From an uncultured Halanaerobiaceae bacterium (GTDB taxonomy: Bacteria; Bacillota; Halanaerobiia; Halanaerobiales; Halarsenatibacteraceae): a stretch of 37,274 nucleotides of DNA. Made by a program: the position numbers and the translations under genes. Shown here in pieces: positions 1 to 7,004 of this stretch. Below the pieces are notes generated by a model, which saw nothing but the letters and a program-made list of their open reading frames with translations, did not search any database and was not told the DNA's origin. Every line of letters starts with the position of its first letter. Position 1 is the stretch's first letter. Location of the stretch: NCBI GenBank assembly GCA_964405365.1, contig CAYONR010000001.1, forward strand, positions 1,932-39,205, read 5' to 3'.

Positions 1-2
1 GT

Positions 3-764
3 AAACCCATAAGTCATTATTGCCAGAAATTCTGAATATGGCAGATATTCTTCCCCTATAAGCAATAATAAAGCAACTGCCAGTGAGATAATGATTTCTC
101 CCATTCCTGCTCCAGCTAAATCTGTTTTTTTAAATAAAGTTTTTATCAAACGCCCAGAGATATAACCTATCAACAACCCCAATATTATCTGAATAGGAAT
201 CTGACTTAACTCCAATAAAAGACTATTTTCTAATCCGCCCTCAACAGAAATAGTTGAAAAGATACCAAACATTGTTACTGCTATAACATCACTTAAAGTT
301 CCACCTGCAAGTACCAAATCCGGGATACCTTTGTCTGCCCCCAATCCTTTAGCCTTAAGTTTAAGCATCATTGGAACTATTACAGCTGGAGAAGCTGCGC
401 AAATTATCCAGCCAAGCAGCCCGGCAGTAAACCAATCCCAACCAAACAGATACCTGGCTGCAACTGCAACTACTGCAGCCTCTAGAACTGCTGGTAAAAA
501 TCCAAGTCTAAATGCAACAGAACCTTCCTGCTCCAGTTTCTTCCTATCCAGTCCCAAACCTGCTTTAAACAGGATAATCAATAATACCAATAATCTTATC
601 TCATCAGATATATTAATTATCACTTCAGGTAATAAATCTAAACCAAAAGGCCCAATTAAAACCCCAGCAAATAACATACCAATCAATGGAGGAAGCCCTA
701 ATTTAGATGCAAGCCTACCTGCTAAATATCCTATTATTATTATTAAAAATATCCCATAAATCAT
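3..764 (-). CDS. Cation:proton antiporter, CPA/NHA2-like (3' end runs off the window)
   Basis: Not in the ORF track. Manual translation from ATG at 764 (GGAGG at 775-779): MIYGIFLIIIIGYLAGRLASKLGLPPLIGML...IILFKAGLGLD...AASPAVIVPMM...GIPDLVLAGGTLSDVIAV. Multi-TM protein with Na_H_Exchanger-like motifs. Confidence 0.85.
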   Translation of the reverse strand, partial: MIYGIFLIIIIGYLAGRLASKLGLPPLIGMLFAGVLIGPFGLDLLPEVIINISDEIRLLVLLIILFKAGLGLDRKKLEQEGSVAFRLGFLPAVLEAAVVAVAARYLFGWDWFTAGLLGWIICAASPAVIVPMMLKLKAKGLGADKGIPDLVLAGGTLSDVIAVTMFGIFSTISVEGGLENSLLLELSQIPIQIILGLLIGYISGRLIKTLFKKTDLAGAGMGEIIISLAVALLLLIGEEYLPYSEFLAIMTYGF

Positions 765-820
765 CTTCTTATTACCTCCATTATTAATAATTAATCTATT
801 TCATAAAAGAATACCGGTAT

Positions 821-872
821 AAAATAAAAAGCTCCTGACAGAGATAGGCCATAGCCTAAATCTGCCAGGAGC
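821..872 (-). terminator. Intrinsic terminator forming the fluoride riboswitch expression platform
   Basis: Minus strand GCTCCTGGCAGA..18 nt..TCTGTCAGGAGC followed by TTTTTATTTT. The 5' arm overlaps the aptamer 3' end. Confidence 0.85.
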
Positions 873-921
873 CATCAGCTGAATAAATATATCAGCAGTT
901 AACGGTGAGCTCCATCACCTA
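864..921 (-). ncRNA. Fluoride (crcB) riboswitch aptamer
   Basis: Minus strand GGTGATGGAGCTCACC-GTTAACTGCTGA..TCAGCTGATGGCTCCT matches the crcB pattern (GGYGATGG..CRCC, AACTGCT..AGCTGATG.CTCCT), including the GGAG/CTCC pseudoknot. Confidence 0.92.
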
Positions 922-936
922 TCAATTTTAAATGAA

Positions 937-2367
937 TTATTTGCTGTAATGAATAGCGCCACCTTCAGTATCTAAAGCAGCCTCATGGATAACTTCAGCT
1001 GTTGTTGGATGAGCATGAATAGTCTCTGCTATCTCATGAGCTGTTAAGTTTTTATTGACGGCTAAGGTTAATGTTGCAATAAGGTCTGTTGCATGAACTC
1101 CAATTATAGCTGCTCCAATGACCCGGCCTGACTCTTCTTCTTTAATGATTTTAACAAAACCACGGCGCTCTCCCATAGCCATAACTTTTCCATTAGCACT
1201 AAATGGGAACCGGCCGACAACAAAATTAACCCCAGCTTCTTTAGCATCTCTTTCACTCATACCTACAGTAGCTACTTCTGGATCAGTAAAGATGGCACTT
1301 GGAACAGCTCTATAATCCATATTATGATCACTATTAGTAATATTATCAGCAGCAACTATCCCTTGATGAGAAGCTACATGGGCCAGCATTATTTTATCAG
1401 TTACATCACCAATGGCATAGACTCCGTCAACAGAAGTCTTCATATGATCATCAACTTTTATGCCACCCCGTCTCTTATTTAATTCAAGCCCTAAAGACTC
1501 TGCATCGATACCTGGAAGATTTGGCAAGCGTCCAACAGCAATAAGCACCTTATTAGTAATAATATATTTTTCCTCGCCATCTTCTTCAAAGGCAACAAGC
1601 ATATTATTATTACGTCCTTCTGTCTCAGCAATCTTCTTAGCCTGACTTGAAGTATGTATATTTATCTTTTTATTTCTGGCCAACTTTGCTAGTTCATCTG
1701 TTATATCTTTATCAGCATCAGGTACTATAGAATCCTGAAATTCAATAACTGTTACCTCAACTCCCATATTTGCATAAAGAAAAGCAAACTCCATGCCAAT
1801 TACTCCACCGCCAATAACAACCATTTTCTCAGGCAGATCATTTAAATCAAGAGCCTCTCTACTTGATATAACTCCAGGTAAGTCTGTCCCAGAAATCGGT
1901 AAGCTTGCAGCTTTCGAGCCAGTAGCTATAATAATATTTTCAGCTTGAAGAATCTTTTCTTCTCTATCATCAAATTCTACCTGAACCTGACCTGGTTGGT
2001 TTAACAATCCTATACCATTATATATGTCTATGTTTTCACTTTTCAGAAGAACTTCTATTCCTTTGACTAATCGCCTGACAATCCTGTCTTTTCTTTTGAT
2101 TACTGAAGATAAATCAATTGAGGCTTCTCCTTCTATATTCACACCAAACTTATGAGCTTCCTGAACCTCCTGATAAATCTCTGCTGAGCGAATCATAGCT
2201 TTAGTTGGTATACAGCCCCAGTTTAAACAGACACCACCTATAGCTTCTTTCTCAACTAAGGCTACTTTTGCTCCCTGCCTGGATGCCCTAATAGCTGCTA
2301 CATAACCTCCAGGTCCTCCACCTATTATAACTAAATCATAATTTAATTCTTTTTCTGAGTTAGACAT
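937..2367 (-). CDS. lpdA: Dihydrolipoyl dehydrogenase (E3)
   Basis: GGGPGG FAD motif, GGVCLNWGCIP redox disulfide, GGGVIG NAD motif, C-terminal HAHPTTAE. Confidence 0.95.
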   Translation of the reverse strand: MSNSEKELNYDLVIIGGGPGGYVAAIRASRQGAKVALVEKEAIGGVCLNWGCIPTKAMIRSAEIYQEVQEAHKFGVNIEGEASIDLSSVIKRKDRIVRRLVKGIEVLLKSENIDIYNGIGLLNQPGQVQVEFDDREEKILQAENIIIATGSKAASLPISGTDLPGVISSREALDLNDLPEKMVVIGGGVIGMEFAFLYANMGVEVTVIEFQDSIVPDADKDITDELAKLARNKKINIHTSSQAKKIAETEGRNNNMLVAFEEDGEEKYIITNKVLIAVGRLPNLPGIDAESLGLELNKRRGGIKVDDHMKTSVDGVYAIGDVTDKIMLAHVASHQGIVAADNITNSDHNMDYRAVPSAIFTDPEVATVGMSERDAKEAGVNFVVGRFPFSANGKVMAMGERRGFVKIIKEEESGRVIGAAIIGVHATDLIATLTLAVNKNLTAHEIAETIHAHPTTAEVIHEAALDTEGGAIHYSK

Positions 2368-2409
2368 TTAATTTCCTCCTAAATACTAAAATAAAAATTG
2401 AAAATCAGA

Positions 2410-2433
2410 TAAAAAGCCCGGCAAAGCCGGGCT
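2410..2433 (-). terminator. Intrinsic terminator after the ECF S component gene
   Basis: GCCCGGC-AAA-GCCGGGC hairpin with a T5 tract on the minus strand. Confidence 0.8.
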
Positions 2434-2438
2434 ACTAA

Positions 2439-2960
2439 TTAATTACTCCGACGATATTTTAATACAGCCTTTCCTACAAGACTTACTAAAACAGCGGCAA
2501 GAATAACTTCTGGTAATCCATGCAACCAGGCAGCTCCAATAGCCGCTGATAACGGTAAAAAGTTTCGTAATACAGCAAGACCTAAAACAAATATTGTGTT
2601 TACTAAGGTCCCAACAATACCTGCAACTACTAAGGCAATGTTTTCATTTTTCTTTGCTAAAGACCTATAAGCATAATAAGCAAATATCCCAATGAAAATC
2701 CTTGGAACTATTGCTATTAAAGGATCTGTAAACATCGGTGCTCCTGGTTGCAAAAAACTAAAAACACCAAATATTAACCCTATAAGTGCACCAACCACTG
2801 GTCCTTCCAGAACTGCCCCTAATATTGCCGGTATATGCATTATAGTCGCATTGCCTGCCGGGGTCGGCACTGGTATAAAGCCAAGTCTGGTAACTCCTAA
2901 GACGATTGAAATTGCTCCTAACATTCCTGCTACCACTATTTCTTTTGTTGATAATTTCAA
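2439..2960 (-). CDS. panT: ECF transporter S component, PanT-like (pantothenate)
   Basis: LGFIPVP...ATIMHIPAILGAVLEGP.VG..IGLIFG..S...PRI pattern typical of PanT-type S components. TTG start at 2960 preferred because AGGAGG lies just upstream; the track starts at 2978. Confidence 0.75.
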   Translation of the reverse strand: MKLSTKEIVVAGMLGAISIVLGVTRLGFIPVPTPAGNATIMHIPAILGAVLEGPVVGALIGLIFGVFSFLQPGAPMFTDPLIAIVPRIFIGIFAYYAYRSLAKKNENIALVVAGIVGTLVNTIFVLGLAVLRNFLPLSAAIGAAWLHGLPEVILAAVLVSLVGKAVLKYRRSN

Positions 2961-2973
2961 TTCGTTGCCTCCT

Positions 2974-3005
2974 ATCATCCCGGTCCTTTCCTGGATCCAG
3001 GTGAT
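2974..3005 (-). ncRNA. pan RNA motif-like hairpin with two bulged adenines
   Basis: Minus strand ATCA-CCTGG-(A)-TCC-aggaaa-GGA-CCGGG-(A)-TGAT, with one bulged A on each strand. It abuts the RBS of the panT-like gene. Confidence 0.65.
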
Positions 3006-3025
3006 TTTAGATTTTTTCCAAATAT

Positions 3026-3054
3026 ATTATATAATATATTTTCTAATCAAACAA
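3026..3054 (-). promoter_or_regulatory. Putative sigma-A promoter for panT
   Basis: TTGTTT-17 nt-TATAAT on the minus strand, just upstream of the hairpin. Confidence 0.5.
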
Positions 3055-3868
3055 GGCTCAAATTACTTGATCCTTCATATTGACATGCCTTACCTGCCGC
3101 TTCTGTAGCTCTTTCCAATAAATTTATTATATTATTTTTATTGAAACTTTTATAAAAAGATGACAGTAAATACCCTATAAAAACATCACCGGCACCAAGA
3201 TCATCATAAATATTATCTTTCTGCTTTGTAGATACCTCAATTATTTTAGAATTCGAATCTAAAAACATTGCCCCTTCATCGCCATTCAATAAAATCAAGC
3301 CCTCTTCTGGATAAGAGCTTAATTTTTCAATCCACTGGTGGTTTCTGGCAAGTTCACCAGAAATAAAAAACCAATTAGTACCAGGTATTAATTCAAAAAT
3401 TTCTTTTAGATTATATATAAAAGAAGAGTCAAATGAAAAAACTTTAGATTTATCTCTAATATATTTTATTTCATTTATTCCCAGGCTATATGGTGTTGCA
3501 TGGATTAAATCATAATTTTCAATATTAATAGTTTTTAAATATTCTAAAGAAATCCCCTGATCAATTCCTTTATCAACTTTAACTAATTCTGTTCCAGATT
3601 TTTTTCTTTTCCAGGAAGCTTTAGCCGTTCTCCCTGATAATTTTATTATTTTATCTAAATTAATATTAGTATCTTTAAGCCTGGAAAATAATTGATTGCC
3701 TGGTTTATCCTTACCAATAACACCTAAAAGATCTATTTTGAATTCAAGACTATTTCTACTGATAGTTAGTGCAACATTTGTAGCACTGCCACCTATATAA
3801 TTCTTTTTACTATTAATATAATGGTCAATGACAATATCGCCTATAACAAGAACTTTAAATTTTCTCAT
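3047..3868 (-). CDS. PfkB/ribokinase-family kinase (fructoselysine-kinase-like)
   Basis: GD..ID, GGSATNVA, G.IG.D..G and C-terminal DDLGAGDVF PfkB signatures. Confidence 0.8.
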   Translation of the reverse strand: MRKFKVLVIGDIVIDHYINSKKNYIGGSATNVALTISRNSLEFKIDLLGVIGKDKPGNQLFSRLKDTNINLDKIIKLSGRTAKASWKRKKSGTELVKVDKGIDQGISLEYLKTINIENYDLIHATPYSLGINEIKYIRDKSKVFSFDSSFIYNLKEIFELIPGTNWFFISGELARNHQWIEKLSSYPEEGLILLNGDEGAMFLDSNSKIIEVSTKQKDNIYDDLGAGDVFIGYLLSSFYKSFNKNNIINLLERATEAAGKACQYEGSSNLSLV

Positions 3869-4635
3869 GGTCTCTGATTTATGAAGTCGATTATATATTC
3901 AACTGAAAGATCAATTTGTTTTTCTGTTGTTATCGTAGCCTCACCATCGCCATCCTGCCTCCCATAATCAGCAAATCCTGAATGATTGGCTTCTTCCATC
4001 CCGGTAAAAATAGTTGATTTAGGCATTAAATTTTTTCTTTCTTTTAATAATTCAAGATTAACAATTTCATCATTATTACCATATAGTGACAATACATCAA
4101 CCTCATGGTCTGCAATAGAATCAGAACTGGCTGGATAAGCAGCAAGTAAGATCAAACCATTAACCCAGTCTGGATCTTCTCTACTTATAAATCTTGCAGC
4201 CATTGCCCCACCTAATGAATGACCAATTAAAAACCAGCTATTCTTTTCTGGGAGTAATTCTCTGGCGCCATCAGCCCTTCTCCACCCTAATATAGCTAAC
4301 TCTAAAGGCATATTAACCAATATTGTAGAATATCCTTCATCTGCAAGCCTATAAGCAAGCCGACTATATGCCCTATAATCTACTTGAGCACCTGGATATA
4401 AAATTAATCCAGGTTTATTATCATTAATTTGAACTGACTCGAATAAAAGATAATTACCTTCTTCTGTAACATTTACAGACTTACTGCTAACCAAAAAATC
4501 TAAAGCTATATCTTCAGCATTATAGCTTTGGAGGGCCCAACTTAAAACAGCCCCCCCAATAACTAATAAGAAAATCAAAGCCGGTATTATAATTATTGGC
4601 TTAAATATTTTTTTGATAATATTATTAAACTTCAT
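3865..4635 (-). CDS. Membrane-anchored alpha/beta hydrolase (carboxymethylenebutenolidase-like)
   Basis: N-terminal TM, YPGA.V, GHSLGG nucleophile elbow, D.IV, NH..F..YG.Q.GD. Confidence 0.85.
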   Translation of the reverse strand: MKFNNIIKKIFKPIIIIPALIFLLVIGGAVLSWALQSYNAEDIALDFLVSSKSVNVTEEGNYLLFESVQINDNKPGLILYPGAQVDYRAYSRLAYRLADEGYSTILVNMPLELAILGWRRADGARELLPEKNSWFLIGHSLGGAMAARFISREDPDWVNGLILLAAYPASSDSIADHEVDVLSLYGNNDEIVNLELLKERKNLMPKSTIFTGMEEANHSGFADYGRQDGDGEATITTEKQIDLSVEYIIDFINQRP

Positions 4636-5082
4636 CTATTCTTTATCCTCTTCCGTTTCAATATTCTCCTCTATATCCTTTGGATCATCTACTTCCTCTT
4701 CTTCTATTTTTGCTTCATCTTCAGATACAAACTCTGGAATATCTATGCCTAGCACATTAATGTTTACAGCTTTAACATCTACACCTGTCATCTTTTCTAA
4801 TGACTTTTTGACATTTCTCTGTACTTCTTCTGTCACATCTGGAATATTGACTTCAAAATCAACAATTAAATTTAATTCTACTATGACACCCTCATCAGTC
4901 TCTTCTAATTTAACGCCTTTAGATAGGTTTTTTCTTCCTAGCATCTCTGCAATCCCGCGAACTAAACCACCACTCATTGCTGCAACACCATCAATTTCAG
5001 TGGCTGCTATACCTGCAACAATACCTAAAACCTCATTAGCAATATTCATTCCACCTAATTCTGACTTATTAGTTTCTACCAT
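4636..5082 (-). CDS. Asp23/Gls24 family envelope stress protein
   Basis: G.MNIANEV..IVAGIAATEIDGV...KGV...IPDV..EVQ..VK..LE.MTG..V..VNINV, with an acidic tail. Confidence 0.9.
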   Translation of the reverse strand: MVETNKSELGGMNIANEVLGIVAGIAATEIDGVAAMSGGLVRGIAEMLGRKNLSKGVKLEETDEGVIVELNLIVDFEVNIPDVTEEVQRNVKKSLEKMTGVDVKAVNINVLGIDIPEFVSEDEAKIEEEEVDDPKDIEENIETEEDKE

Positions 5083-5112
5083 TTTTACATCTCCCCCTTA
5101 TCTTTTTTTAAC

Positions 5113-6804
5113 TTAAAGTTTAATACCTGGCTTGATAGCTTCAAGTCTAACTGGACCTATACCATTTACATTTAAAAGTTCTTCTATATCTGAAAACTCG
5201 CCACCTTTATCTCTATAAGCAATAATTCTTCTGGCATATGCTGGACCTATACCTTTAACCTGTTCTAAATCTTCTTTATTTGCTAAATTAATATTTACTT
5301 TTTTTGATTCTATTTCTTCTTTTTTAGCTTTTTTTATCTTTTTATCTTCAATTACTGCTTCTAACTTTTGATCAACAATTATATCATCATATAAACTTAA
5401 ATATCTCTCTGCTGACTTATCCCAGCTGAAATCTTTTTCCATAACAGCTTTTTGAAGAGATTTTAACTCTTTAGGTCTTGAAACTAACTCTGCAGCATCT
5501 TCAATAGCAGATAACATCTTATGAGCATTATATTCTTTAAATGTAAAGCCTGTCCCTTCACCATTCTTATAAGGCTCAACAGTATCTTTTAATCCCCCAG
5601 TTTCTCTCACAATAGGAACTGTTCCATATCTCATAGCAAAAAGCTGGCCAAGACCACAGGGTTCAAATTGTGAAGGCATTAAAAAGAAATCTGAACTTGC
5701 ATAAATTCTTTTAGCCAGGGTAAAATCATATTTAATTTCAGCTGCAACCTGATCAGGATAGCGATTGGATAGATCTCTAAAGAATTCTTCGTACTCAGGT
5801 TTCCCGGTTCCTAAAATTACAAATTGTAACCCTGTATTTACTATTTCTTCTGAGACATGTTTAATCAAATCTATACCTTTTTGTTCAACCAATCTAGTAA
5901 TTATGCTTAAGATTTTTTTATCAGGATTAATTTCCAAACCTAAGAAAGATTGCAAGGCTCTTCTGTTTTTGGCTTTTCCTTCAAAATTATTTTTATCAAA
6001 ATTAGCAAATATTTCTCTATCACTAAAAGGATCATTTTCATCAAAACTAATTCCATTTACTATACCTTTTAAATCATCGCCTCTCATTCTTAAAGCATAA
6101 TCTAAACCTTCACCAAAATATGGAGTTTTTATCTCACTAGCATAAGTGTTACTAACTGTGGTTATTTTATCTCCATACATAATTCCGGCCTTCATAAAAT
6201 TCACAAGTCCATCATGACGAATATTCCCACTATAAAAATGTGATGGATCTATCCCAAGAGAGTCAGAAACGATTTCAGGCCCAAAAATTCCCTGATATCT
6301 TAAATTATGAATAGTAAAAACAGTTTTAATATCTTTATAAAAATTATATCTTTTATAGTTATCATTTAATAAAAGTGGAATAAGTCCAGTCTGCCAGTCA
6401 TTACAATGTATAATATCTGGTTTGAAATCTATTTTTGGAAGCATCTCCAGAACTCCACGCATAAATAAAACAAACTGCAAATGGCGGTCTGGATTATCAT
6501 AAAGATTGCTCCGATAAAAATATTTTTTGCTATCAATAAAATAAAAAGGAACTTTGTTATGTTTTAATTTATTAACTCCTACATACTCATTTCTCCAGGT
6601 TATATTTGTTCTAAAATGTGTTACATGTTCTAATTGTTCTTTGTAAGTCGAAGAAATCTGACTATATTCAGGCAATATAACTCTGACATCATGTCCTTTT
6701 TCTTTCATTGCTGCCGGAAGTGAACCAGCAACATCACCTAAACCTCCAGTCTTTACAAATGGAGCTGCTTCAGATGTCACAAATAAAACTTTTTTCTTAT
6801 CCAT
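5113..6804 (-). CDS. glgA: Glycogen synthase GlgA with a C-terminal ComEA-type helix-hairpin-helix domain
   Basis: KTGGLGDV, HCNDWQT, TIHNL, PS.FEPCGL, TGGL.DTV and FSW..SA..Y motifs, then a Lys/Glu linker and VNINLA...GIGP...GIGP. ATG at 6804 has an AGGAG RBS; the track starts at 6813. Confidence 0.93.
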   Translation of the reverse strand: MDKKKVLFVTSEAAPFVKTGGLGDVAGSLPAAMKEKGHDVRVILPEYSQISSTYKEQLEHVTHFRTNITWRNEYVGVNKLKHNKVPFYFIDSKKYFYRSNLYDNPDRHLQFVLFMRGVLEMLPKIDFKPDIIHCNDWQTGLIPLLLNDNYKRYNFYKDIKTVFTIHNLRYQGIFGPEIVSDSLGIDPSHFYSGNIRHDGLVNFMKAGIMYGDKITTVSNTYASEIKTPYFGEGLDYALRMRGDDLKGIVNGISFDENDPFSDREIFANFDKNNFEGKAKNRRALQSFLGLEINPDKKILSIITRLVEQKGIDLIKHVSEEIVNTGLQFVILGTGKPEYEEFFRDLSNRYPDQVAAEIKYDFTLAKRIYASSDFFLMPSQFEPCGLGQLFAMRYGTVPIVRETGGLKDTVEPYKNGEGTGFTFKEYNAHKMLSAIEDAAELVSRPKELKSLQKAVMEKDFSWDKSAERYLSLYDDIIVDQKLEAVIEDKKIKKAKKEEIESKKVNINLANKEDLEQVKGIGPAYARRIIAYRDKGGEFSDIEELLNVNGIGPVRLEAIKPGIKL

Positions 6805-6851
6805 TTTTATCACTCCTACTTATAAACTTATAGTATTGCCAGGATATATAT

Positions 6852-6880
6852 ATTTTAATAAAATAAAATAGCTCTGTCAA
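6852..6880 (-). promoter_or_regulatory. Sigma-A promoter for the glgA operon
   Basis: TTGACA-17 nt-TAAAAT on the minus strand. Confidence 0.7.
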
Positions 6881-6936
6881 ACTTTTTATTATTCCACATT
6901 GCTTATAATTTCTTATAAACTTCAGCTTATAAAAGC

Positions 6937-6961
6937 AGGGATTATCGTTTTTATCGAGAAT
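6937..6961 (+). promoter_or_regulatory. Sigma-H-like promoter upstream of glgB
   Basis: AGGG-17 nt-GAAT, resembling the SigH consensus AGGA-N17-GAAT. Confidence 0.4.
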
Positions 6962-7004
6962 TAATTAAATGAGTTAAAGCATTTTTTGGCAGGAGGTTTT
7001 TCAA

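Noticed and set aside
331-759. 142-aa plus-strand ORF in the track
   Set aside because: Antisense shadow of the minus-strand antiporter, which has an RBS, family motifs and a riboswitch.
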